Assembly (NCBI GenBank): GCA_963748825.1
Contig: CAVVKN010000002.1
Coordinates: 96,001 to 160,000, forward strand
Length of the DNA: 64,000 nucleotides
Reading direction: 5' to 3'
Origin: Methanotrichaceae archaeon
GTDB lineage: Archaea; Halobacteriota; Methanosarcinia; Methanotrichales; Methanotrichaceae
Numbering within the stretch: the first letter of the stretch is position 1; each line of letters opens with the position of its first letter. The notes beneath the pieces are model-generated. The model had not been told where the DNA came from, searched no databases, and saw only the letters and a program-made list of their open reading frames with translations. The translations under genes were made by a program, and so were the position numbers. Below are positions 20,175 through 30,471 of the stretch, piece by piece.

Positions 20175-21995
20175 ATGTCCGTCAAAGACAATCATGATAT
20201 GACAACGAGATGGGAAGATTGCTGGGAGGCAGCACCCGAACTACATATGCTGCTCAAGGAGAGCAAGACTCTAGAGAGTGCCCGCAATAAGGTGGCACGC
20301 TACATAGAAGCCAGAGAATGGACTTATTCCTGTGATGTGGGTGAGATTGAAAGCTGGGACTATGTTCTCTTTAAAGAAGTCATACGCACATTTAAAAATA
20401 TCATCTCTCCAAGAAATGAGCGAATTGCCGGCACTTCAGCCCTGGAGAATCTGTGGAGCGCTGCAGTGAACGGCGATGCAGATGTCAGTGACGACTTTAT
20501 TGCTGAGTTTGTCCATTTCTTTAAGGCCCTAAAATTGAAGGCAGACGTCTATCCTTCTCGATTAATGGAAGGAATAGATAACCCAAAATTCGATGAATAT
20601 GAGGGGAGAGTTGCCGGCCAGATGCGCTCGGACTATCTGGATCTGATGGGAAAGCGCATGGATGGATACTTGACAAGATATCAGTCAGGCCTTGATCCTC
20701 AGATAGTTGCCAAACGAAATGAGAATAGAAAAAGAATCTTAGAAACGCTGGATTCCACGGAGGATGATTGGAAGGATTGGCACTGGCAATTCCGGCATGT
20801 ATTCAAAGATATTCAGGGCCTGGATACAATTAAAAAAATAATAAAAATAGAGCCGCACCATGAAGAATCCATAAGGCTGGCCCTGGAAAACCATGTGCCA
20901 TTTGGAGTAACCCCATATTATCTGCATCTTATGGACCAGGAGCCCTGCGATCAGGACTATGCCGTTCGCAGACAGGTCTTCCCTCCGCTAGGCTATGTGC
21001 AGAATATGATCACCCACCGGAAGGACAAGAAGTGGGCTTTCGATTTCATGAAGGAAGGGGACACATCGCCAATAGACCTGGTCACTCGCCGCTATCCCAG
21101 GGTGGCGATAATTAAGCCTTATGAATCATGCCCACAGATCTGCGTCTATTGCCAGCGCAATTGGGAGATATCCTCGCCCCTCATGGCCTCGGCTTTGGCA
21201 CCCCTGGAGAAGATCGAGGCCGCCTTGCAGTGGTTCTCAGAACATGAAGAGATGATGGACGTTCTGCTCACAGGTGGCGACCCGCTGGTGATGGATGACT
21301 CTCTGATTGACAGGATCTTGGGCAAGCTCTCAGAGATGCCCCATCTTAGAAGCATCCGGGTAGCTACCAGAACCCCAGCAACTGTGCCCCAAAGGATAAC
21401 CAGTGAGCTTTGTGAGATACTGGCCCAATACCATGAGTTTGGAAAGAGAAACCTTTGCATGGTGACGCACTTCATGCATCCCTATGAGGTGACGCCGGAA
21501 ACAGTAGATGCCATAAAGAAGGTGAAGATGACCGGCATTGAGGTCTACAACCAGCAGGTCTTCACCTTTGCCAACAGCCGTAAGTTCGAGACATCAGCCC
21601 TTAGAATCGTCCTCAAGCAGATTGGTGTTGACCCGTACTATACGTTCAATATGAAGGGCAAGACTGAGATGGAGGACTATGCTGTGCCCATATCTCGCAT
21701 CTTGCAGGAGCGAAAGGAAGAGGCACGGCTGCTTCCGGGAATATTTCGCACCGACGAGCCGGTCTTCAATGTTCCCGGCCTTGGCAAGGACCATCTACGA
21801 GCCTGGCAAAATCACGAGCTAATCGCCATTACTCCAGAGGGCCGAAGGATGTATTCCTTCCTCCCTTGGGAAAAGAACATTGCTCAGGTAAAGCCCTACC
21901 TCTACACGGACGTTTCCATCCAGAGGTATCTGCAAAGGCTAAAAAATAGAGGCGAGGATCCGGAGGACTATAGAAGCATATGGTACTACTATTAG
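20175..21995 (+). CDS. Long KamA-family radical SAM/PLP aminomutase
   Basis: WKDWHWQ, PFGVTPYYL, TRRYP, CPQICVYCQR, LTGGDPL, THFMHPYE and PGLGK (likely PLP lysine); about 190-aa N-terminal extension. Confidence 0.88.
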   Translation: MSVKDNHDMTTRWEDCWEAAPELHMLLKESKTLESARNKVARYIEAREWTYSCDVGEIESWDYVLFKEVIRTFKNIISPRNERIAGTSALENLWSAAVNGDADVSDDFIAEFVHFFKALKLKADVYPSRLMEGIDNPKFDEYEGRVAGQMRSDYLDLMGKRMDGYLTRYQSGLDPQIVAKRNENRKRILETLDSTEDDWKDWHWQFRHVFKDIQGLDTIKKIIKIEPHHEESIRLALENHVPFGVTPYYLHLMDQEPCDQDYAVRRQVFPPLGYVQNMITHRKDKKWAFDFMKEGDTSPIDLVTRRYPRVAIIKPYESCPQICVYCQRNWEISSPLMASALAPLEKIEAALQWFSEHEEMMDVLLTGGDPLVMDDSLIDRILGKLSEMPHLRSIRVATRTPATVPQRITSELCEILAQYHEFGKRNLCMVTHFMHPYEVTPETVDAIKKVKMTGIEVYNQQVFTFANSRKFETSALRIVLKQIGVDPYYTFNMKGKTEMEDYAVPISRILQERKEEARLLPGIFRTDEPVFNVPGLGKDHLRAWQNHELIAITPEGRRMYSFLPWEKNIAQVKPYLYTDVSIQRYLQRLKNRGEDPEDYRSIWYYY

Positions 21996-22130
21996 CGTTA
22001 CTGATTAGCGCTGCAAATTTTCATTTAGGTGCCAATATTTTGGGCAGAATTAAGTCGCCCAAAACCTCCGGCACCATTTTCCTATCGAGCCGCAATTGAT
22101 CGACGCGGGATTGTCAAGGCCCATGCCCAT

Positions 22131-23423
22131 CTAACCCGTCAGCCAGTCGGCAAGCGCTTGCGTGGCCTCTAGGGTCTCCCCGCAGTAAGCTTGGATAAAC
22201 TCCTTGGGCAGCTCATTATGCATGGCAATCGTCTCGCTCGCTGCCAGTGACCTTGCTCCTGCAAAATTTATGTACGATATCCTGGCAGTAAGCTCTTCGC
22301 AGGGCCTCTCGAATACCCTTCCTGGAAGCATGGCAACCCCCGTTTCCTGTAGCAGGCGTTCGCAGAGCGTCGCGCTATTTCTTATATTCTTCTTGGCCAG
22401 TTTCTCGGCAAAGGGTGAAAAATCGGGAAACATGTAAAAAGCGCCCTCCGGTGGATGTATCCGCACGCCTGCATCTGCTAGTATCTGGTAGCACTTCTGT
22501 CCTAAAGTTGACAGGATGCGTCGGGCATGCCAGAGGTAGCGCTCGATGGCCATCGATCCCCTGAAGGCTTCCACCGCAGCATACTGAATGGGCGCGCTTA
22601 CTGATGTGTATGTCTCACTGGCAACTGCAGCCATGGCCCCCATCAGCCAGTCCAGGCTCCGGGGGAAGGTGAATGTCCCAAGTCTCCAGCCACCAGCCCC
22701 GCACCACTTGGAAAGACCGGAGCTAATTATGGTCCCTTCCGGGTAGAAGCGGGCCACAGAAACATGGCCGCCTCTGTGATGGAGCTGGCCGTAAATCTCA
22801 TCCGATAGGAGGATGATCTCATATTCCCGGGCGACCTTTGCAATCTCCTTGAGTTCATTTGCCGTGTAAGTGAGGCCGTCGGGGTTTCCAGGATAATTAA
22901 GAACCAGCAAGCGCGGACGGTACAGATCCTGCTCGACCTCTAAAAGTTCAGAGAGGCGATCGGCGCTGATATGCCATTTATCTTCGAAGGAGGTGTGAAG
23001 CAGGCTCACCCTTTTTCCCAGGATCTGAGCCTGAGGTACATAGGAGACCCAGCAGGGCGTGGGTACAATGATCTCTCCGTAAAAGACCAGTTGCAGCAGG
23101 AACATAAGTTCTTTTGAGCCAGGACCTACAAGAACGCAATCGGCATTCGCTTCCACCAGGTCTTTTTGCCGGTGAAATCCAGCCACCGCCTCCTTAAGGG
23201 CCAGAAGGCCTTTGACAGGGAGGTAATCCTTCTCATGAGCATGCAGCCGCAAAGCTTCCACAACCGGAGCCGGCACGGGGAAAGGAGATTGGCCCAATCC
23301 GAAGTTGTAAATCTTTTTTCCCTGGCTTTGCAATAGCTTTACCCTCTCGTTGATAGCCAGGGTGGGTGATTCGCCTAAGCCGCGAACATTAATATTCAAG
23401 CTGACATGCTTTTGAAGGGTCAT
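22131..23423 (-). CDS. PLP-dependent class I/II aminotransferase
   Basis: GSKELMF, NYPGNPDG, SDEIY and SGLSKWCGAGGWRLG. Confidence 0.9.
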   Translation of the reverse strand: MTLQKHVSLNINVRGLGESPTLAINERVKLLQSQGKKIYNFGLGQSPFPVPAPVVEALRLHAHEKDYLPVKGLLALKEAVAGFHRQKDLVEANADCVLVGPGSKELMFLLQLVFYGEIIVPTPCWVSYVPQAQILGKRVSLLHTSFEDKWHISADRLSELLEVEQDLYRPRLLVLNYPGNPDGLTYTANELKEIAKVAREYEIILLSDEIYGQLHHRGGHVSVARFYPEGTIISSGLSKWCGAGGWRLGTFTFPRSLDWLMGAMAAVASETYTSVSAPIQYAAVEAFRGSMAIERYLWHARRILSTLGQKCYQILADAGVRIHPPEGAFYMFPDFSPFAEKLAKKNIRNSATLCERLLQETGVAMLPGRVFERPCEELTARISYINFAGARSLAASETIAMHNELPKEFIQAYCGETLEATQALADWLTG

Positions 23424-23469
23424 CTAAAGAGCTCCTCGGCTTTTATATTCCGAATTTGCAGGCCATTAT

Positions 23470-25290
23470 TTATAAAGATGGGCTCTTGTTTGGATAATGC
23501 ATGCTGACCAACTTTTGCCCGGCGCAGGGAATCGGCGTAGAATCTTCTGTAAAAAATTGCACCGATCCATCGCTGCTTATCAGCATCATAGGGATGGTAT
23601 TTGCATCATGAAATGGCGCTGTTGGATCATACTTGAAATTTTCTGTAAATTCGTTTATCACCAGAGACCCTCCTGATTTGAGCCTTTCATCCAGGTAGGA
23701 GTATGTTAGCTGGGAGGAAAAAAGAAAGCGTCCGCGCAAATGCGTCGGAGCAATTGCCTTTTTCCCCCTGAAACCTGTGATCTCTGAGCGAATTTGATAG
23801 ACCTCTTTTCTTCCAAATACATCCCTGAATCTTATGGCTGAAAGGGAATTGACCATATCGTCGGAAGTAAGGGCCATGAAGTGTCCTAGATCAGAAATAT
23901 CTATTTCATCCAATATCGATTCGGAAATTATGCTGCCATGGTATGTAGGTAGCCCCTCCTCGTACGCTCTGGCAATTTCTGTGCAATTTGTATCGACCAA
24001 AAGAACGGGAAGACCCTGATCGCTAATAATTGATGCGATCTTTCTCGCCCAGGGATGGGCCCCCGCAATTAAAAATCCCGTTTGGTTTCTGGAGGCGAGA
24101 TGCAAATACCTGGCAAGCGGTCCTGCAGTTAGACTGTAAATTGCGACCGTTCCAGCAACTACGAAAAAAGTAATGGGTGCCAGCATTTCCGCTTGGGGCA
24201 GGCCCTGCTCGGATAGGAAAAGGCCGAAAATGGAGGCTACTGCAGCTGCGACTATTCCCCGAGGAGCCATCCAGGCGATGAAGACCTTCTCTTGCCAGCT
24301 CAGGCCCGACCGATGCGTTGAAAGGATAACCGCGGCTGGGCGCGCTATGAATAACAGACATCCAAGGTATAATACCGAATTTAGATTAATGTAATCAAAA
24401 TAGTCCAAAGGCAGCTTTGCAACCAGGATAATAAATAAAAGCGAAATTAGGAGCGTCCTCAGATCTTCTTTGAACTTGATTATGGGCGTGATATTGACCA
24501 TGTTCTGATTGGCCAGTACTACGCCCATCAGAGTAGCTGCTAAAAGCCCGGATTCTTCTTGAATGAGTTCCGACGCGGTGAAGACCAATACTACGAGCAT
24601 GAGCGATATGACTTCCAGCAATCTATCTGGGGCCCAATAATTTTTCATTACTTTTATTATTATGAGGGCCCCGAGAAATCCTAAGGAGCATCCTGCTACT
24701 ATCGTCATCATGACTCCCAGTGCCGCTGTTAGAGCCGCTTCATGCGGACCGGATGCGAGGATGCCTTCTAAGACGATTATGGCTAGAATCGCCCCAATCG
24801 GATCGTTCATTATTCCCTCCCATTTGACGATGGGACCAACCCTTCCTGAGGGGCGTACGTACAGAAGTAGAGGTGTTATAACCGTAGGGCCTGTCACAAC
24901 TAGAATCGACCCAAGAAGCACTGATAAAAGCGGATTTAGCCCTAAAATAATATATGCAGAGCTTGAGGCTATAAACCACGTTGTGAGTACTCCTACTGTA
25001 AGGAGGTTTCGTACCACAATTCTTGTTCCGATCAGGTCTGTGATCTTCAAGCCCATTCCGCCCTCAAAGAGAATCAACGCCAGAGAGATGCTTATGAAAG
25101 GCGAAAGGAGCTTTCCCAATAACTGATCGGGATGCAGAAAGCCGGTTACTGGGCCTGCCGCAAATCCAAAGACCAGTAGCAAAAGGATAGAAGGGAGCTT
25201 TGCACGCCAGGCAAGCCATTGGGCAGATATCCCTATGATAATAATACCTGCCAGCTCCATTAAGGGGATTTGATCCATGGACAACCTCAC
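23470..25290 (-). CDS. CPA1/NhaP-type cation:proton antiporter with C-terminal TrkA-N-like domain
   Basis: LILFEGG, VTGPTVITP, WEGIMNDPIGA and APRGIVAAAVAS. Start could instead be ATG 25278. Confidence 0.9.
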   Translation of the reverse strand: MRLSMDQIPLMELAGIIIIGISAQWLAWRAKLPSILLLLVFGFAAGPVTGFLHPDQLLGKLLSPFISISLALILFEGGMGLKITDLIGTRIVVRNLLTVGVLTTWFIASSSAYIILGLNPLLSVLLGSILVVTGPTVITPLLLYVRPSGRVGPIVKWEGIMNDPIGAILAIIVLEGILASGPHEAALTAALGVMMTIVAGCSLGFLGALIIIKVMKNYWAPDRLLEVISLMLVVLVFTASELIQEESGLLAATLMGVVLANQNMVNITPIIKFKEDLRTLLISLLFIILVAKLPLDYFDYINLNSVLYLGCLLFIARPAAVILSTHRSGLSWQEKVFIAWMAPRGIVAAAVASIFGLFLSEQGLPQAEMLAPITFFVVAGTVAIYSLTAGPLARYLHLASRNQTGFLIAGAHPWARKIASIISDQGLPVLLVDTNCTEIARAYEEGLPTYHGSIISESILDEIDISDLGHFMALTSDDMVNSLSAIRFRDVFGRKEVYQIRSEITGFRGKKAIAPTHLRGRFLFSSQLTYSYLDERLKSGGSLVINEFTENFKYDPTAPFHDANTIPMMLISSDGSVQFFTEDSTPIPCAGQKLVSMHYPNKSPSL

Positions 25291-25758
25291 ATTCTAGTAA
25301 TGCTGTCTAGATAAGCCTTTTCGGATCGCACCGGAATGTATGATCCCGGTCGATTTTTCTTTCGGAGAAACGAGAAAAAACGGGAGAATGCCTGCCACAT
25401 ATATTGGCCACGATTTTTTACTATTATAAAATTCGTAATGATTATAAAATTACGGTTGATTGGTTGAATATCCAAATTTTTGTGGCAATTGTTTTCATAT
25501 TATTTGATTAATCCTGGACAATGCTTGGTATTTTAGGCAAAAAAGGTAAATACGATAAAGGTATAGGACTATTTGGCCACAGTTGGAAAGGTCTATTGTG
25601 ATTTTGGCGGCGAATAGATCTAATTTGGTCATTATGATTTGGTCAGGTTCTTACAAACTCCATTTGCAGAATTGGGCCCAATTATGAAACTGTGGTCTCC
25701 CCCCTCTCATTATCAAAGAAAAAAATAAGGACTGGGTCCTATCCATTTTAGTTTCAAT

Positions 25759-27216
25759 TCAATACTGTCTGGCCATGTAGGTCCTACCTGCGCTCTTCTT
25801 GCCGCAGACAGCACAGGCAGCCTCGGGGAAGCTTTGATACTGCGGCTCACCCAGCATGTTCGCTTCTACTTGATTCTCCAGTTGGTGGCCGCAGTCCACC
25901 TCGCCGCACCAGGGCACCAGGGCCACGCCCACCTGTGTCTGTGTTTTGGCCTCCTCGATGTCTGCGACCTCTTTTACCTTGGCATCATGAAGATTCGTGG
26001 CCTTCGTGTAGAGAGCTGCCTGAAGCTCTTCCGCCTCTTTATTGATGGCATCGACCAATCCCTCCATGGGCACTGCTTTCTTGGCTCCGTCGCGACGGGC
26101 TAAGGTGACGACACCCTTCTCAATATCCCTGGGCCCTACCTCCAGTCGAATGGGTACGCCCTTCATCTCCCACTTGTAGAACTTGGCTCCCGGCCGCTCA
26201 TCGCTGGTATCCAGTTGCACGCGAACGTGCGCAGCAGAAAGCTTGCGTTGCAGCTCCCGGCAAACGGCCAGCACCTTCTCCTTGTCGCCCAGAAGGATGG
26301 GCACAATTACCACCTGCGTAGGGGCTACACCCCATGGCAAAACCAGCCCCTTCTCGTCTCCATGCACGGAGATGAGGGCGGCAATGCAGCGCTCCGATAT
26401 GCCGTAGCAGGTCTGAGAGACCAGCTTCTGCTCGCCACTCTCCGCCTCGTAGGTTATCTCGTAGGTCTTGGCGAAGGTCGAGCCCAGGTGGTGCGCCGTG
26501 CCCACCTGCAGCGTCTTGCCGTCGGGCATTATCACATCTATGGCCGTGGTGTAGTCCGCGCCGGGGAACTTGTCCCAGCTGGGGCGGCGGCTTACCAGGA
26601 ATGGCAAGGCCAGGCGACGGTAGAACTCCGAGTACCTGGAAATGGCCACCTCCACCTGTTCTGCCGCCTCTTCCCAGGTAGCATGAACGGTGTGCGCTTC
26701 CTTGAAGGATGTGATCTCGCGCAGACGTATGAGCGGCCGGGTGTGCTTGGTCTCATAGCGGAAGGTGTTGACGATCTGGTAAATTCGTAGCGGCAGATCG
26801 GCATGCGACCTGATCCAGAGCTTGAACATGGGATAGATGGCCGTCTCGCTCGTAGGCCGCAAGGCGAGCTTGACCTCCAGTGGCGATGTCCCGCCATGGG
26901 TCACCCAGTAGACCTCCTCCTCGAAGCCCTTGATATGCTGCGCCTCCTTCATGAACTCGTTTTCCGGTATCATGAGAGGAAACTGGGTTTCCTGATGATC
27001 GGGATCTAAAAGCTCCCGGATAACGGCGTAGACATTCTTTTTGATGGCAAAGCCGAAGGGAAACCAGACGCACATGCCCTTAACTGGGTAGCGGTTATCG
27101 ACGATCTCCGCCGTCATGAGCAGCTCGTGATACCACTCGCTGAAGTTGTCCTTGCCAGGAAGCTTTGCTTGCTTGTTATCCTTTGCTTTGGATTTAATTA
27201 TCTTGGAATCGGTCAT
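25759..27216 (-). CDS. proS: Prolyl-tRNA synthetase, archaeal type
   Basis: [33 protein letters not shown] and YKWEMKGVP. Confidence 0.97.
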   Translation of the reverse strand: MTDSKIIKSKAKDNKQAKLPGKDNFSEWYHELLMTAEIVDNRYPVKGMCVWFPFGFAIKKNVYAVIRELLDPDHQETQFPLMIPENEFMKEAQHIKGFEEEVYWVTHGGTSPLEVKLALRPTSETAIYPMFKLWIRSHADLPLRIYQIVNTFRYETKHTRPLIRLREITSFKEAHTVHATWEEAAEQVEVAISRYSEFYRRLALPFLVSRRPSWDKFPGADYTTAIDVIMPDGKTLQVGTAHHLGSTFAKTYEITYEAESGEQKLVSQTCYGISERCIAALISVHGDEKGLVLPWGVAPTQVVIVPILLGDKEKVLAVCRELQRKLSAAHVRVQLDTSDERPGAKFYKWEMKGVPIRLEVGPRDIEKGVVTLARRDGAKKAVPMEGLVDAINKEAEELQAALYTKATNLHDAKVKEVADIEEAKTQTQVGVALVPWCGEVDCGHQLENQVEANMLGEPQYQSFPEAACAVCGKKSAGRTYMARQY

Positions 27217-27797
27217 GTAACCACCGATATAGCGATTGGGGTGATAAAAGTTTCAATGGCCGCGGCCAGGAAGAGCAGAGGCGTGACCCAGTGCCAGAGG
27301 AAATGAATGGCCATCCTGGTCTCGCCGGAAAGGTCGACCTTCTCTTTGGCCAGGGTCAAGGCCAGCAGATAGCCCAGCCTAAAGCCGATAGCAATGCTGA
27401 CCAGGACCACTGGCAGCTCAATGATGCCGTGGGGCAGGATACCTGCCGCCAGAAAGAGGAAGCCTGCCTTCTGCACGGCAGCGTAGCCCACTATGCCCAG
27501 CAGAAAGCCATTGCTGGTAACGACCATCAGAGGAATGAGCCCCAGGCCCAGGCCCAGCAGCATGGCCATAGCCGAAGCCAGGAGATTCTTCAGGAAGATT
27601 ATTATCATTATGAGGATAGGTGGCTGATCCAAAATCCATTTCAGCATCTCCAGCTCTTTTGTCCAGTTGGATGCCAGCTCTGGATCGATCGCGGCGGCAT
27701 AATAACCCATCACAGTCGTAAGCCCGAAGATGAAGACGGACAGGCCAATGAATACGCCAATCGACTTCAGATAGGCCAGATCATCCTTTATTGACAC
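27213..27797 (-). CDS. SpoIIM-domain membrane protein
   Basis: [21 protein letters not shown] and [10 protein letters not shown]; overlaps the proS start (ATGA). Confidence 0.88.
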   Translation of the reverse strand: MSIKDDLAYLKSIGVFIGLSVFIFGLTTVMGYYAAAIDPELASNWTKELEMLKWILDQPPILIMIIIFLKNLLASAMAMLLGLGLGLIPLMVVTSNGFLLGIVGYAAVQKAGFLFLAAGILPHGIIELPVVLVSIAIGFRLGYLLALTLAKEKVDLSGETRMAIHFLWHWVTPLLFLAAAIETFITPIAISVVT

Positions 27798-27836
27798 AAT
27801 ATCTCCCCTTCAACCTCGCCCGGCCTTTATTTAAGG

Positions 27837-28721
27837 CTAGCGCGGTTTTATGATAGCGAGGAGAATGAAAAAGGCAGTCTCGGCCAGGACGGCGAAAGCC
27901 GCCGGAAGGCTGGCTGCCGGTCCGAAGAGCATCAGTGAGACGGCAGCCGCCAGGCCCAGATTTTTGTAAGAGCCGAGAAGGGTATAGGATATCGCTTTTT
28001 ATCTGCTCTGGCCGGCCAGAATGGCGGCAATGTATATGGCCAATCCTATGGCAAAGGTGCGCGCCAGCGCGATTGCCGCCATAGCCGCGCTGCCCTGCCA
28101 GAGGGCGCCATGATTGAGGCCGATCACAGTGTATGTTACGAGGAAAAATCCCAGGTTGATAGGAAGAACCGGATTGATGGGGATACGTGCTGCAGCCCGG
28201 GAGGCAAGGGCGGGCAGAAGAATCAGGGCCAGGGATATCTGTACCAGGTAGCTGCCACTGATGCCCGTCTGGCGGGTGAGGGCGAAGATGATGGCCGGCA
28301 TGAGCAGAAGAGACGCCAGATAGGAGATGACCTCGGAGCCCAAAGAGAGGAGAGCGTCCCCCCGCAGGAGCCTGGTCATGGGCAGGACCGCGACCGCGGG
28401 AGGCACGGCCGCCATGACGATGAATCCCTGGCGCAGGGCCTCATCCTGCAGAGTATAGGATAATAGTAATATGAGCCCGGAGAGAAGGCCGTAGTTCAAG
28501 AAAAGACCTAGCAGAGAGCTTTTAAGGTAAATGCGCCAGGCCTTTGTTTTGCTGATGTCGATCTCGGTTAAGGAAAAGGCCATCATAAGCATGAGGGCGG
28601 GAGTGATGAATCCCTCTGTGACCTCTGCCGGCCCGGGAAAGGCCAGGCCCATGGCAATGGAAAGCAACAGAATCAAGGATGAATTATTGAGAAGGCCTAC
28701 TGCCCATTTTCCCGCGTTCAA
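27837..28721 (-). pseudogene. Bile acid:sodium symporter (BASS)-like transporter with in-frame premature TAA
   Basis: The ORF stops at TAA 27999-28001, but the same frame continues KAISYTLLGSYKNLGLAAAVSLMLFGPAASLPAAFAVLAETAFFILLAIIKPR to TAG 27837. This supplies the family's KN.GLA motif and last helices. Confidence 0.75.
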
Positions 28722-28734
28722 TGCTTCCTCCTCG

Positions 28735-29343
28735 TTAAGCAGCGCTCAGGAAATAGATGCCAAAGCAGACTAAAAAGCCGCCGCATATTCCCAGGATCCC
28801 TCGGTAACTTCGATCGGATAGTATGCTGCGTCCCCGATCCAGGCTGATCGAGACAAGGATCAGCCATCCGAAGTCCGCAACCCAGTGGCCGATCATGAAA
28901 AGGGCAGCCATGATTACACCCGAACGCAGGCCCGAGAGGACCAGGGCGCTGCCGATGGAGAGCCACCAGATCCAGAAGTAGGGATTGGCCGCGCTGGTGA
29001 TAATTCCCGCCAGGTAGGCATTGCCTATCACTTGCCCTTGTGATGCGACCAATGTGGCGTTTTTGCTCCCTTTTGCGGTCATAACTCCAAAAACGATGAG
29101 TGCCAGCCCGCCTGCTATGGAAACGGCGCGGGAATACTGCTGCATAGCTGCAGCCAGCCCACCAACAATGGACAGAAAGACCAAAACCTCAACCAGAGCG
29201 TGGCCTGCTGCCACTTTGGGGCCTGCCGTCCAGCCCTCTTTGAGAGAGGAGTTGACAGTGGCCACCAATGTCGGCCCGGGGGCCAGCGCGCCCGTAAGGC
29301 CGATGGTAAAGGCCATGAACAGCATCTGCAGGATCTCGTACAT
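28735..29343 (-). CDS. LysE family translocator
   Basis: GLTGALAPGP, GHALVE, NPYFWIWW and GHWVADFGW. Confidence 0.9.
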   Translation of the reverse strand: MYEILQMLFMAFTIGLTGALAPGPTLVATVNSSLKEGWTAGPKVAAGHALVEVLVFLSIVGGLAAAMQQYSRAVSIAGGLALIVFGVMTAKGSKNATLVASQGQVIGNAYLAGIITSAANPYFWIWWLSIGSALVLSGLRSGVIMAALFMIGHWVADFGWLILVSISLDRGRSILSDRSYRGILGICGGFLVCFGIYFLSAA

Positions 29344-29474
29344 CTCTCTCCCCTTTGCCAGATTTCCAGACAAAATGGCCTATGATTTAGGCCAAGGACT
29401 AAAGACCTTTGACATAAGCCTTTGCCCAAAGAAATAATGCTCGAAAGAATTAGACCGCCGAAAACAGACGAAAA

Positions 29475-29547
29475 TGGACAGGTCGGGATTTGAACCCGAG
29501 GCCTCTACCATGCCAAGGTAGCGATCTTCCAGCTGATCTACCTGCCC
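29475..29547 (-). tRNA. tRNA-Ala(GGC)
   Basis: GGGCAGG TA GATC..GATC G CTACC TT GGC AT GGTAG AGGCC TCGGG TTCAAAT CCCGA CCTGTCC A: 73-nt cloverleaf with the G3:U70 Ala identity pair, no intron, CCA not encoded. TTTAAA box at about 29576-29581. Confidence 0.97.
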
Positions 29548-29912
29548 AACAGCACTGAAGGTAAGTCGTACCCCATTTAAACATGTCGGTAGGAGGGTGG
29601 CCAACGGGCTATCCGCGTGTTCGCCTTTCCCCATCCTTCTCACAGGAAAAGCAGTATCATGCTTTTTAAAATGAATACCCCGCAGCTTGCTGCACGGGTG
29701 CGCCACCCTTTCACTGGCCATCGAGCCCGAGATTAAGCGCCCGATTGGCCCAAAGAGGCGATCTCAGGTGCTGATCAGAAAATCCTGGACTATGGCTCTA
29801 ATTCTCTTTTTATTTGACTGGAATGGGCCTTTTTCATTCTGCTGGAAGCGTGCGCGGAATGTGACGAGGCCGCTCGCCCCAGATCCTAAGAGTTATATCT
29901 ACCTTCTTTGAA

Positions 29913-30458
29913 ATGGTAGCGACTACCATGAAACACTGGGCACTGATATCACTCTTGTTCATCCTTTCTGCAGGCAGCGGCGAAGGGACCATGTATCTCT
30001 ATGGCGGCAGCGACGCCTACGGCCAAGGTCTGAGCTATCCTGGTTATAGCAGCCCTCTCTCCCTCGCCTCCTTTGTAGCCGGCAACAACACCACCGCCGT
30101 ATCATCGGTATTCCTGATCACCACCGTCTTCCGGCCCGAGTTCAGGTTTATAAACCAGAACCGTTCCGGCTATTATCATCCCATCCAGCCCCTCTGGGGT
30201 CAGTTCACATTTTACCTGCCATTTCTCAGCATGCAAGACTGGTTTTCCGGCAGCTACGATAGCTATGTTCCCGCCGTCAAGGATTTCCGGAAAGACGATT
30301 GGAAATCGACAGCCCCGGACTATGATACTCCTGCGGTAAGGCAGTTTATGCAGCAAGACAGCTATCTGGAAGGAGTCGAGCCGCACAACGATCCGGACCG
30401 CATGGGACTGAATAGTTTCCTGGATGATGATGAGCCGCCGGGAAGGCCGCTATTATAA
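29913..30458 (+). CDS. Secreted hypothetical protein
   Basis: Signal peptide (MKHWALISLLFILSA), acidic/Pro-rich C-terminus with a short internal repeat (PAVKDF/PAVRQF). Confidence 0.7.
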   Translation: MVATTMKHWALISLLFILSAGSGEGTMYLYGGSDAYGQGLSYPGYSSPLSLASFVAGNNTTAVSSVFLITTVFRPEFRFINQNRSGYYHPIQPLWGQFTFYLPFLSMQDWFSGSYDSYVPAVKDFRKDDWKSTAPDYDTPAVRQFMQQDSYLEGVEPHNDPDRMGLNSFLDDDEPPGRPLL

Positions 30459-30471
30459 ATATAATATAAGC

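Noticed and set aside
25287-25475. Small ORF overlapping the nhaP start
   Set aside because: No RBS or motif; compatible with chance in an AT-rich promoter region.
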